NCBI RefSeq assembly: GCF_004010195.1
Contig: NC_057738.1
Coordinates: 31,130,793-31,194,792, forward strand
Length of the DNA: 64,000 nucleotides
Reading direction: 5' to 3'
From: Chiloscyllium plagiosum
Lineage: Eukaryota
The notes under the pieces were generated by a model that worked only from the letters and a program-made list of their open reading frames with translations, was not told the DNA's origin and did not search any database. This document shows positions 12,301 through 25,423 of the stretch, piece by piece. Position 1 is the first letter of the stretch, and each line of letters begins with the position of its first letter. A program made the translations under genes and the position numbers.

Positions 12301-12529
12301 AAGTGCCCACACCCACAGCCTCGAAATGATAGCTCTCCTGAGGGTTTTCTTAGTCACACACTGGAATTGCTTACTTCCAAATTATGTTTTTTTTCTCAAA
12401 GTTGCTTACAGAGATTCCAAGAACAGTCCTGCCCCAGCACAGCCTCAGAAATGAAAAAAAACCCTCCTGAATTCAGGTAGGCGAGAGTTCCTCACACAGG
12501 AAGTGCAGTGGGCCAGGGATGAACAAAAA

Positions 12530-12910
12530 CCTAGAACAGTACAGCACAAGATCAGGACCTTCAGCTCATCATGTCTGTGCCGACCATGATACCATTCTAA
12601 ACTAATCATATGTCCCTGCACATGGTCCCTATCCCTCTATTTTCCACCGTTCATGTGCTTGTCTAAATGCCTCTCATATCTGCTTCTAACATGTCCCCTG
12701 TCTGCACGTTCCATACACCTACTACCCTCTGTGTAAAACATTTGCTTTTGTGTATCTCCTTTAAACTTACCCCCTTTTATCTTGAACCTGTGCCCCTAGT
12801 TTTTGACATTTCCATCCTGGGAAAAAGACTCCAACTATCCATCCTATCCATGCCTCTCATAATTTTATATACTTATGTCAGGTCGCTGCCTCTGCCTTTG
12901 ACACTTTAGC
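12530..12910 (-). mobile_element. CR1-type LINE 3' end
   Basis: Same 3' terminal pattern as ~36730-37125. Confidence 0.6.
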
Positions 12911-13025
12911 ATAAACATTCTGATGTACACAGGCATGCTGACTGACTGGCCAATGGAAATTCCAGGCCAGTAATGCTTGTTTTTCTCACTCCACAGATGC
13001 TACCAGATCTGCTGAGATTCTCCAG

Positions 13026-13236
13026 GGTCGGAGGGTGTAGTGCTGGAAAAGCACAGCTGGTCAGGCAGCATCCAAGGAGCAAAAGAATCGACGTTTCGAT
13101 TCCTGATGGCCAATTCCTGATGAAGAGCTTATGCTCAAAACATTGACTCTCCTGCTCCTCAGATGCTGACTGACCTACTTTTCCAGCACCATACTCTTTG
13201 ACTCTGATCTCCAGCAGCTGCAGTCCTCACTTTCTC
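13026..13236. mobile_element. Mini fold-back Penelope-type insert nested in another Penelope-derived repeat
   Basis: TSD ctgaga(t/c)tctccag at 13012-13025 and 13237-13250; inverted arms; ctgatgaagagcttatgctcaaaac core. Confidence 0.7.
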
Positions 13237-14925
13237 CTGAGACTCTCCAGCACTGTTTTTATGTCAAATCTCTGGCATCTGCTGTATTTTGCTCCTGAAT
13301 TGACTTATTGGTCTCTGTGGCTTACAAGGTTGTTCCTACGTATGGAAGAATTTACTGCTGAGGAGAAGTTCCGTATGTTGGGCTTGTACTCATTGGAGTT
13401 TAGGAGGATCACTGAGTGACCTTCTAGAAAAATACAAGGTTCTTCAGGTCGTTGAGGGGTAAATGCAGAAAGGTTGTTTCTCCTTGTGGGGACAATTGAT
13501 GACCAGAGTAAGGACTTACCCAGTTAAGCCAGAGACGATGAAGAATTTTCCCGTCTCAAAGCGCTGTTATATACTTGTTTAAATGCTCACTGCATAATGG
13601 TAGTATGCTGCAGTGCATTCAAGGCATCAGAGTTACTGTGACAACATGCACTTTCACATGCATGTTGAAGTCAGGAGCTCCGGATCGTGATGGGAGAGCA
13701 TCCAAACGTCTGCCTATATGCCTAACCAGGAATCTCCCCTGCTCCTACCACCTGCCAAAGGTAGGTGTTGCAAGAATTTATAGAGTGATACTCAACCTGA
13801 TTGACCATGTTATGACCACAACTTGTATTTCTAATAATGACTCTGAACTGGAGGAGCTGTAGTCATTTGGTTTCTTGGTCTTTTCTTAATTGAGCAAATA
13901 GCCATTTGTAATTCTTTAATTCAAAGGGCACGATTCTTGAATCTGGGAGCTTTGGAACATGACTAATGCATTTTCAATTTACATTTAAGCATCCCATGGT
14001 GGAAAACATCACTTTCTGAACTCGTGCCATTAAATCCAATCTTTATTCCTGTGCCTGTGGAATTCATTGCCACAGAACGCAGTAGAGGCCGGGACGTTGG
14101 CTGTCATCAAGGCAGAGATTGATAAATTCTTGATCTCGCAAGGAAGTAAGGGCTATGGGGAGATTGCGGATAAGTGGAATTGAAATGCCCGTCAGCCATG
14201 ATTAAATGGCAGAGTGGACTTGATGGGCCAAATGGCCTTGCTTCCAATCCTATGTCTTATGGTCTTATGGTCTAACTCAAGTTCCTCTTCTTTGTCATGT
14301 TAATGACAAGAGCCCAACAATAGTCAGTCATTCATCTGGGATTGATTAATTTTGTGGGTAACTTTACTTGAAACAAGTTATGAGATAACTTCAAGTGGCA
14401 AACCAATTGTTTTCTGATGGAGTAGACCATACAGATGCAGAAGGAGAAAGTGAGGACTGCAGAGGCTGGAGATCAGAGTCAAGAGTGTGGTGCTGAAAAG
14501 CACAGACAGTCAGGCAGCATCTGAGGCCTTCATACAGACGCAGAGCAGACTAAACAGGCAGAGTTGCACCATTGTATACACACAACATATAGTGTCCTTA
14601 AAGGTAAACACTCTTAAACTGGAAAGGAACACATACACGATCCTAAATATCTGTAATATTTCCTTGGAAATTCTGGTATTGCATTCTGTGTCTATGCTGG
14701 AAGCCTGTGGAAAGTTTTTTGGAAAATAATGAAAAATTGATGGACTGACTATGCTAACAACTTAATGGGAAAAATGTAAACGTGGGAGCTGGAAAGGCAC
14801 AGCAGCTCAGGCAGCATCTGAGAAACAGAAGAGTTGACATTTCGGGCATAAGCCCTTCATCATAAATGTGGAGGGGGAAGGGGGCTGAGAGATTGAAAAG
14901 AAATCAAAGGAAATACTTAAATTAT

Positions 14926-16335
14926 AACAATCTCTGTGGAGACTGATAATGGTTCAAAGAGAAATTTGAGGTTCAGTTATTAGCTGAGAAAGATGCCAAA
15001 AGATATCACATTTTAAATGCAAACTTTGACTTTATCAAAAGACGAGTGACAAAATATTTCTTTTGCAGGCTACTTGTCGTATAAAGAACTGAACAGTATT
15101 TGTTACTTTTCCACAATTACTGCCAACCCCAATTTTGTCTCATTATTCAATCTCTGTAACAGACACACACTTTTCCTGAAACCAATGCAAAATGTTTTGC
15201 AGCTCCCAATGGATTTACTTCTTTGTATTTCCCAAGACATACTATCATCCACAGCAAGGGTGTTCCTAGGGAGGGTTACTCCAGATTCAGTTTGGAAAAA
15301 GTTCCAATTGCATTTACTATTGGCATCCCTTGAATTGCAAACTTGCACTCTGCATGGTGAATGATAACATCAACATTTTCTCTGCCTTACATGTGAGGTA
15401 CCATATATCTTATAATTTCATTCACCAACCTGAAATTTAACGATACCGATCCAAACACTTAAAGCAAAAGGTGGTCCAAAAGTAATAACGAGTGTACAAA
15501 CAAAAATAGTGACCTCCTTGTTTAAAAGAAAAGCCTTTTAAGAAGTATCTGATGTTTACTTCCACTGGTTTACCTACATCGCACAGCTGTGAACAAACTG
15601 AAGAAAGCACGAGAAAGTCCAAAACATTTTATTTGACATCATTGCACTGTATCAGTGATATTTTAAAAATTGCAATCTCCAATATACAGGTTAAAGCTTA
15701 AAGACATTATATAGAGCAATAACATTATATATTTTGGTCTGAACTTCGGAATTGTTTTCTTCAGAAGTTTAAATGCTCCTTCCCGTGAAACTTCATTCCT
15801 TACATTCACACACAGAACATCAAAAGTAATTCAAAACGCGAAGCACTCTGATTTTTGGAATTTTTTTAAAACGTCTGGACAGAAACAATCACACATTCTT
15901 AGAAGTTTACAAGGAAGCTGAAGGAATACAAAGGTGAACCCAGCTAATAATTTTGCATTTAATACAGCAAGTAGGATATGGGGATGTAGGTCTAAACCGT
16001 GTTTCTAAACAGGTAACTTATAAACTGATTCACAAACTGAGTTGAATTTGAAGCAAACTTCAGATAGTGAAGTAAGAAGTCAAATCATTTCCAAACTCCT
16101 TAACTACTGTAATGGCGTTTGGGTGTGATCGAGAGAGAGTGTATGATCTGCCTGTATGAATGAAGGTACTGTTATTACTTCAGGATTAAAACAGATGGGG
16201 CAACAAGGTTAAAATTAAAGTCAACTCCCTAACTTCAGTTCTCTTGTTACGTCACAAAGACAGATCAATAAAAAGGGCTCCTTTATTCCAAAATGCCCAG
16301 ACAAATAGTTGACTAAAAGTTTTAATTTAGAACCC
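14926..16335 (-). repeat. Segmental duplicate of 28369-29785 (3' flank or 3' UTR of the SERPINB6-like gene)
   Basis: Long collinear match read directly, e.g. aacgataccgatccaaacacttaaagcaaaaggtggtcc at 15439 and 28886. Confidence 0.95.
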
Positions 16336-18300
16336 TTGTTGAATTCTATGTTAAGGCCATATGGTTGTAAGCTGCTGAGGCGGAAGATGAAGTGTGCTTC
16401 TTTCAATTTGCATGTGGACTGGTGTTGACAGTGGGGGAGGCCAGGATGGACATGTCATTAGGGGAGTGGGATGTAGAGTTGAAATGAATGGCAACGTAAG
16501 ATGAGATTGATTGGAGTGTACGGACAATAAGTGTTTCCTGAACCGCTCTGCGGGTTTGCGCTCAGTCTCCCTGATGTAAAGGAGATCACATCAGGAGCAG
16601 TAGATGCAATAAATCAGGTTCAAGGAAATGCAGTGGGTTTTTGCCGGCCTTGGAATGATTATTTGGGGCCTTGGGTGGAGGGGGGGGGTGGGGGGAGCAG
16701 GTGTTAGAGCAGGGTTTGCTCCTCCTGCAGCCACTGGGAAGGGACCGGGTGTGGAGGAGGGGTTGGTGGGGAGTGTGGATCTAACGAGAGAGTCACGGAG
16801 GAAACAGTCCCTGCGAAACACGGATAGGGGTTGGGAGGGAAATGTCATTCTGGTGGTGGAAGTGGTGGAGGATGATGCATTGGTCTTGGAGATTAGTGGT
16901 GTGGAATATCAGGACTCGAGGACTCCACATTTGTTGTGGTTGAGGTTTCTTTTTAGGGCAGAGGTGCAGGAAATGGAGGAGATGCAGCTGAGGGCATTGT
17001 TGATCACACAGGAGAGGAACTTGTGGTCCTTGAAGGAGGAGGACATCTGGAACATCCTGGAGTGGAATTGCTCATCCTGGGAGCAGATACAGTGGAGGAG
17101 GAGGAATTGGGAGTGAGACGGGTAGCTGTGGGAGTCGGTGGGTTTGTAATAGATGCCAGTGCTGAGTTGGTTGCTGGAGATGGAGACGGAGAGTTCCAGA
17201 AAGGGGAGGGGGTTGTCGGAGATGGACCAGGTAAGTTTGAGATCAGGGTGGAAAGTGTTGGTCTGGTGAGTGAACTGTTCAAGCTTCTCGTGGGAGCATG
17301 AGGCAGTGCTGATACAGTAATTGATGTAGCAGAGGAAAAGGTGACAGATGGTGCCAGTGTAGTTGCAGGAGAGGGACTCTTCCACTTATCCTACAAAGAA
17401 GCAGGCATAGCTCAGACCCACGCAGATACCCAAAGCCACCCTTTGGTTGGTAGGAAGTGGGAGGATTGAAAGGAAAAGTTGTTCAGGGTGAGGACCAGTT
17501 CTGCCAATTGAATGAGGGTGTAGGTGTAGGTGTGCTGGTTGGGTCTGCGAGGGAGGAAGAAACTGAGGGCCTTGAGGCCTTCTTCATGGGGGAATACAGG
17601 TGTAAAAAGACTGGAGGTCCATGGGGAAGATGAGCTGTTGGGAACTGGGAAACAGAAAGTTGTTGTATGGTGTCCCGAACATAGGTGGGGAGTTCTTGGA
17701 CCAAGGGGACAGGAAGATGTCAATAAAAAGAGGAGATGAGTTCAGTGGGACAGGAGCAGGCAGAGTCAAATGGCCGACTGGGTAGTCAGGTTTATGAATT
17801 TTGGGGAGAAGTTAGAAACGGACGGTGCGGGGTTGGGGAACTGAGGCTGGAGGCTATGGATGGGAGATCTTCTGAGGTGATGAGATTGTGGATGGTCTTG
17901 GAAATGATTGGTGATGAGAAGTCAGGTCATGATCAAGGAGGCGGTAGGAGGTCAGTGTGCCAAACTACCACCGTACCCCCCCACACACACACTTTTATGA
18001 GGGGGTTTGATGGTGAGGTTGAGGTTGGAGTGGTTCGGATGGGGTGAGGTTGGAATGGGTGAGACGTTGGAGAGATTCAGGCGAGTGTTCTCAGGACGGC
18101 AGTTAGAGATGCAGAGGTCAAGTGAGGGTAGGAGGACAAGACGAGGTGTCCAGGAGGATGGAATTTGTTGGATGTGAGAGAAGGGGTTTTTGGAGGGTGG
18201 GTGGGATTCATGTTTTAAGAAGTAGGCATGGAGGCACAGAGCATTTGACGTCTAGATGAGTGCGAAATTCGTTGATGTGTGGGTGCAGTGGAATGAAAGT
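16336..18300 (-). mobile_element. Penelope-like retroelement (RT + GIY-YIG), degenerate
   Basis: Minus-strand remnants LIQLAELVLTLNNFSF, LPFLELSV, YYKPTDSHSY and NLIYCIYCS (GIY-YIG); same family as 32800-35600. Confidence 0.85.
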
Positions 18301-20205
18301 GATAATCCCTCCATGGAAATTATCATCTCTCAAATACATTGTACCTTTCAGTTCAACTACTCCCTGTGCTGGCAAGTCCTACATTCTCACCACTCCTTGG
18401 GTGAGGTTTCAGCTGAAATCCCGATAGGATTTCTTGCCAATTCTTTGATATCATTGGCTTCTGGTTATGCTGAATATTTCTGCACTAACTCTTTCACTTC
18501 ATAACACGTCAACTATTAGAATTGCATTAATAAGTCTGAAACTCAATCAATTTTACAAATCAATAAGCCTGTCTGAACTCCTGAGGTTTTACAAAATATA
18601 TTCTTGTTCCACAACTATCTTATCATTTGTATCTGTCCTTCCTCCCATCATCCTTGGGTCTACAAATTCATTTAAGCTGCCTCCATCATTATTATTTAGG
18701 TTCACGTATTTAAGTGGTGAAGCTGCCATTGCTTGTTTTCTTGAAGTCAAGCTGGTGCCCTATCAAGGTTATCTGTTTTCCCTATTTGTCATACAGTCTC
18801 CCTCGCTGACAGATTGGGGACTCCTCTCCACTATTTATAGCCTTTTGTTTAAAGAAAATCAGCCATCTTTCTTAAAGGGAGATGGAGATTGCAATTCTTA
18901 ATCTCTCAGTACTCAATAGCCAAAAGATTCTTTATGACTGTAGGATCATACTTTTCCTGTAATTCTTGCTGAACTACAAACTTCAAGCTGTCTTGTTCCA
19001 GACACCATTGTACCAGACTGTCTAATAGAAACATCTGCAGCTGTGGGTTTGTCCAAAACTCCTTGTATTTTAATTTGTAAGTTTCTTTGTTACCTTGGAT
19101 TTATCTCATTCTCAAAGCTATTGTTGTCCTAACTTATGATCACACCTTGATGCTGCACTATAGAAACTATTTCTGAATCTACCACTAAAGATGGTCCAAT
19201 TTCCATGATAGGTTCTTTTTACATTGACGCAACTCTGCGATATTTTATTTTCTTGTGTTCCTTGATTAATGTAATTGATACCCCAAGCCAAAGACTTTGC
19301 TTTTTAAAAAATTTCACTGATGGGATGCAAGCGATACTGACTGGGCCAGCATTTCTTGCCCATTCTAGTTGCGTTGGAGAATGTGGTGGTGAGCTGCCTT
19401 TTTGAACTACTACAGTCCACTTGGTGTCGATACAACTGTGACTAGCTTTGACTATGCTTCAAGCCTAATAATTAAAGTAAATATTACTCACAAAAATAGG
19501 TCAGCCTTCAAACCAAAGGGGCTGGTCGTAGTAACTTTAGATGTTGTTTTGGAGTTTGCAGAGTTGTCCTGGAGCGTTTTTAAAAAACTTTTTAAACATT
19601 GGAGCACAGTCTCCAGTGTAATGCAGACTTTTGTCAGGCAGCAAATATTTTATACTCCTGAGTTATTCCCAATGTATTGCATTCCTCACTCAATAGAAAT
19701 GAAGGGAAACATTTAGATTCAAAAAATGTTTTCATAGATCGTTAGCCATTTATTTATTGCTCGTTGGCAAAAATGCTGCACAAGAAAACCAGTGAAACTC
19801 TGCTCTTTGATTTTAACAAGTCGACTTGTTAAATCCCAAAACCAGCTAGCAATTTACCCAAAAGCTGGATGGATTTAAATGCATGCACATTATATCTGCA
19901 AAGTCTTTTAACAAATAATTCGATCAACGCATTTTAAACTCAGTCATTTGAATAGATCCCTTTAATAAAAAGCAAAATACTGCAAATGCTGGAAATCTGA
20001 AACACACACAGGGGATGCTGGAGAAATGCAGGAGGTCTGGCAGCATCTGGGGGGAGAGTTAACATTTTGTGTCTGATAATGACTTCTTCAGAACCAATCG
20101 GATTTGAAAGGTTAACTGTTTGTCTCACCACAGATACTGCCAGACCTGCTGAGTTTCTCCAATAGATTGCTTATCTGACCTTTACTCTCCTTTATTTATG
20201 AGATT

Positions 20206-23200
20206 TTTTCTATATAATTTTATTGTAAAAGATTTTTTAAAATATTACAACAAATCCAAAACAAGACAATTCAATACAGTAAAAAGAAAAAACACAGAAC
20301 TACATTTGCCTCTAAATACGTATATAGATATGAAGAAAAAAGAAGAAAAGGACCCACTAAATGCATAAATAAATAAAAACTAACAACTAACTACTAACTC
20401 ATAAATAATAATAATAATACGGCTCAGCGAGACAAAACAGTAGCTCTCGATCACCGAGAGCATTAATTTATACATATTCATTTGTTCGTAATGCTTCCTC
20501 TCTCGGTATTAGATTCATTAAACAACATCATCATGACTATATAAAAGCCCTTATTAATGTGGCAGACAGGTCAGTGCCCTGAGAATTCAAGAGGAGCTGC
20601 CACATCTTATAGAAATTCTCAGTTTTATGATGCATCATACTTGTAAGGAAATCCAAAGGGATGTGCTCTATGACCATGTTACGTCAGCCCAACAATCCCA
20701 GGGGATCTTCAGACACCCGCCCTAAAAGCAGGTCTTTTCTGGCACAAAAAGTAAGGATACTGAAAATCTTTTTCTTGTGCAAGTCTAAAGGAAGTAGATT
20801 AACCAGGCCAAGAAGAAGAGATACCGGATCCATCTCCACTTCTGTCCACAAGACCCTCTCAATTTCACTTACCACAGACTCCAGTATGTCCAGAGACTGT
20901 GGCAGGACCAGAGACAGTGCGTGAGAGTACCCGGACTCATTTTGCATTTGGGACATGTTGAAGATACTCCCACTTTAAATTTTGAGAGATGATCCCGGAG
21001 CCAAGTGGACTCTGCGGAGAATCTTCAATTGCAAGGCATGGGTCCTATTGCAAATCGAGATCCTTCTTGCATTTTCCCAGACATCCTCCAATGTCTCAGA
21101 GGAGATCTCAGTGTCCAGCTCCTTCTCCCATACCTTACAAAGCCCCTCGGTCTCGTCCAAGAGCCCTCTCCCAACAGGTGGTAAAGAGTGCTGACAGAGA
21201 GTGTGTTCTCAGCACTAAGCACCCTCTTCTCAATGTCGGATCTATAGGAGTCAGTTAGGAGTGTAGTTCTGATTTGAAAAAAAAAACAAAAGAGGTCACT
21301 GCTAAGTAACTCATATTTCTGAGCTAACTGGTCAAGAGACGTCAATGTGTCCCCCTCAAATAGGTCATCCAGGCAAGACACACCCCGAGCTGCCCAAAGT
21401 TTAAACACTGAGTACATCATCCCCAGTTGAAAACATGGCATACCGATTATGGGTGTAAGAAATGATGCTTTGGCAATATTACCTTCACTCTGCCACATTG
21501 CCCTCTATGCTTTAGCAGTACTGATAACTATTGAGTTATGGAAATATTCCTTAACCATCCTCATTTTCTCCAAGAACAATAATCTCTGAGAAGCTGCCTG
21601 AGAAGCTTTGATATCTAACCATAGTGAGAGAGGGTCCCAATGGTAAGATAACAGCGGGCGTAAACGATAGTTTTTAATATCTGGAAGGTCCACTCCTCCC
21701 AGTTTGTGTGGTAGCTGTAATGTAGTTAATTTAATAAGGGGGGTGCTTACGATGCCAGATGAAAGAACTGAACAATCCGTTCCGTCTCCAAAATGTTTGC
21801 CTAGTAAAGATCAAAGGCAGCATTCACAAACAGTAGGTGGGGGAGAATATTCATTTTAATGCGGGCTAACCAAGAAATCAGAAGCACCTCCTACCTTCAA
21901 AGGTCTTGTCTGATTCTGTCAAATATGGACAAAATTAGCTTTAAGTAGCCAATCAAACACATGGGTAATGAATATGACTAAAGTATACAAAATCCCCCGT
22001 GACCATTTTAAGGAAAATTGAGATTCGCCCCCGAGACCAGGCATTTTTCAGAGACCACCAATAGGCATGGCTTTCAATTTCATAAAGTTGACCGTATAAC
22101 CCGAGAAAACACCAAACGATTGGATGCATTGTATCAGATGAGATACCGAAACTGTTGGGTTTGACAAAAAGATAAGAACATCCTCCACATACAATGTGAT
22201 CTTATGTGACTTTGTCTCCCCTTCTGGAGCAGATATTTTGGGATCCCTACGTTTGTTGTCTGCCAGCAGCTCAATCACCAATGTGAAAAACAACAGCAAT
22301 AGGGAACAGCCCTGTCGCTGCCTCTGAGGATATTAAAATTGATTGACCATACACCATTGGTGAGAACCGCAACAAGAGGTTCACGATAAAGAACCTTTAC
22401 CCATCTGATAAAGACTTCACCCAGGTCAACCCAATCTAAAGTATAAAAAAGGTATGGCCCTCAACCCAAACAAATGCCTTTTCTGCATCGAGAGAGATCA
22501 CTAATCCCAGTACAGATTATTGTTGACATGCTTGGATCACATTGAGTAACCTCCTGACATCATTACATGATCTGCAGCCCTTTATAAAGCCTGCCTGGTC
22601 CTCCATAATAATGGAAGGCAATATAGTTTCTAGCCTTAGTGCAAGAGTCTGAGATAGGATTTTGAAATCAACATTCAAAAGTAAGATAGGCCAATAGGAA
22701 GCACAATCCTCCGGGGCATTCCCTTTTTTAAGAATAAGAGAAATATTAGCCTCTCTTAAAGATGGCAGGAGGAGGCCCTGACTGTGTGAACCATCAAATA
22801 TACTGATCATCGGTCCTGACAGTATGTTTATAAATTCCTTACAAAATTCACTGGGAAGTCCGTCAGGACTGGGCACCTTTCCACTCTAGAGCTGCGTTCA
22901 CTGCCAATTGTACAGGACACCACTGAGCCCAAGTGTGCTGCTGGAGTCAAAAAGAGAGTAATCTTGGTATGACACCCGTGCGGATTGTAAAAAAACGTTA
23001 AGTCCCTGCCTGTAGGGTGAGATGCCTCCAAACGTCCACCACACAAATCCCTTAATTGCTTAGATCATTAAGAAGATATCAGGGGCTTTTGGCATCTGTC
23101 TACAGTGGGGTTTATTAGACAATTAAAATACCGCCGCTATGATAATATGCCGAGATGCAAGGTAATCAGTTTAGAGAATGCATCGAATAGCAATTTGAGG

Positions 23201-25163
23201 GGGTGGGCCGGGGGGTCAGTAAACATTTAAGGTCTCTTATCCTTTCCCCTTTATCAAGGCTTTAAGAATTCCGAATCTCCCGTATGTGTCTTTCACACAC
23301 TCTAGTGCCTTAAATGGGAGATTCCTCCCAACAAGCGTGGTCACTCTCCTGCTCCGGTATTACAAGATGAGTAAACCCGGTCAGACCCATTCTGCCGCAA
23401 TTTCAAATGCTCTCTATCATCTAGGTGTGTCTCCTGCAATAAGGCGATATCCACCCTTTCCTTTTTAAGTCTGGAGAGTACCTTTTTTCCTCTTGACCAG
23501 CAAGTGGCTCCCCTTAATGTTCCAGGTACACCATTTAAACATTTGGCCATAACATTCCGTAGCAACATTTAGACTCCAAAGAGGAAGAATTCAAATTACA
23601 AATCGCTGAGCCTCAATGAAGGAAAATCCACTGAACATAGAACTACATAAACTAAAGCAGCTACAACTAACAAAACTACAAAATTATCAAAAACCATGTA
23701 CAGCAAAAACCAAAAAACAAAACCACGTGTAAAGCGCCAATAGCATTGATTAGGGGGATTTATCCCCTGCTCAAAGGGGACACCTATACACCCCAAAACC
23801 CTATTTCCCACCCCATTGCCAATATGGCAGACAAGGTAGTTAAATACCAAAACCGGGTTTAAACCACCTGTAAATAGTGCCTAGCCATCCCAACCACCTT
23901 CTGAACTCCTCCTCGCTAGGGTCACACAACAAACACAGGCAGTAAAAGAAACAGAAGTAAAAACAAAAGGAAAGAATAACAATATGAGCAAATGAGTTAA
24001 AAAATAAATACACCACCCATCCCCTGGTATAGCATAACCTTAAAATTAAACGGAAATACTCTGTCCACCCCCAAGCATATTTTAACACAACATATTACCA
24101 ACAAAAAAGGAGACCCCAACAGAACCTCCCTTAAGAAGGACAAACCCGAACAACACTATTATCTGTAGCTATTCAATCGTCTGATCTAAGTTAGCGTGTC
24201 CACAAAGTTTCTTGCTTTCTCCGGCAAGTCAAATAAATGTACTGATCCATTAAACATAAGCTGAAGCACGGCTGGTTACCTTGGAGAGTACTGGATCCCG
24301 AGCTCTCAATCATTTCTTGATGCCATCGTAGGATTTTCTTTTCTAGATCACCGTTGCCAAGAAGTTTTAAAAACATATGACCCTGGAGCCCTCGCAAACC
24401 AAAGCCATCAGATTCTTCCCCTGGGCCCTGGAAACTTCCATGACTCTCTGTTTGTCTTTATTCTTATGGAACTGCACCAGGATAGGGTGAGGGCATTGGT
24501 TCATACCTGGCCTCTGCGCCGTGACCCGGTGAGCTCTTTCAATCTTCATTTTTCCCATTTCAGGCTCCAGGCTAAGAAATTCCAACAGCCACTTCTCAAA
24601 GAATTCCCCTGGCTGCTCACCTTCCTTCCACTCTGGCAGACAGATGATACAAAGATTCTTCCTCCTGCCTCGTTCTCAAGATCGTCATCCTGATCAGGTA
24701 AGCCATGGACCTGCGTTTCCAGGGCTTCAATCCGGTTCTTAGATGCTTCAGTCTTGGTTTCCAGCAATATGACTTAGCATTCAACCTCATTCTTCCAAGG
24801 TCTCCCAGCTGCTGTTTATGCTTCTGTCACAGAACAGCGATTTGGGCCAGCTTTTCTTCCATCTGCTTTCCCAGCCCCTCCTTCGAGATTTGGTGAGCTC
24901 CGCGACCAAGGCCTGGTGAGACAGGCCCATCACGTCAGTAGATTGAGCTGCAGTCCCAGCCTCGGGCTCCCTCCCTCCTTTCTTCAGCATTTCATCGTAG
25001 CAAAAACGAAGGTAAGAGAAATTTCAATGTTCTCTGTGACTCTTTTGCAGTATTTGTAAGTAAAATAACTTGACCGGGGTGGGCTATAGCTCTGCCTTGC
25101 TGGTGTTGTAGCAAGGAGCTCAGCAACGCGATCCTTCTAGATTGCCGCCATCTTGGATCGCAC
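20206..25163 (-). mobile_element. Near-full-length degenerate L1 (LINE-1 clade) with an internal ORF2 deletion
   Basis: 5' CAAGATGGCGG motif (25144-25155); ORF1 remnants ~24190-24990 (KIERAHR); long T-rich spacer; APE endonuclease (IALLQETHL); RT (PSPDG, DQAGFIKG, LYVEDV); C-terminal Cys region; AATAAA and A-rich tail at ~20206-20225. Confidence 0.9.
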
Positions 25164-25298
25164 CATTAGATTGGTTTTAATTGTCTGAATTCAGTTTTGG
25201 ATGAGGTGTGCTGAATTAACCACTTTTTATCCCACCTTCATGGATTGGTTTCCTCTGAATAACTTGAAGCAATGTTTCATGTTGAAGCTTGCAACTTC

Positions 25299-25423
25299 TT
25301 CCAGCTCATTAAAGTTGTCATCAATATCTGGCAACACGATAATCATACTCAGCTCATTCAGGAATATAAGCCAAATTAGATGTGCCTTATTGCCACATCA
25401 TTTGCACTGTTTTATTTTTCATT
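25299..25423 (-). pseudogene. Pseudo-exon copy of SERPINB6-like coding exon 5
   Basis: Aligns to 32017-32181 (VQMMWQ...NELSMIIVLPDIDDNFNELE) but has a 1-nt insertion with a stop, a ~40-nt internal deletion and a destroyed donor. Flanking intron homology: 25164-25735, 19690-20205 and 18300-18480. Confidence 0.88.

Noticed and set aside
16628-18047. Gly/Val/Glu-rich plus-strand ORFs
   Set aside because: Antisense of the C-rich Penelope coding strand.
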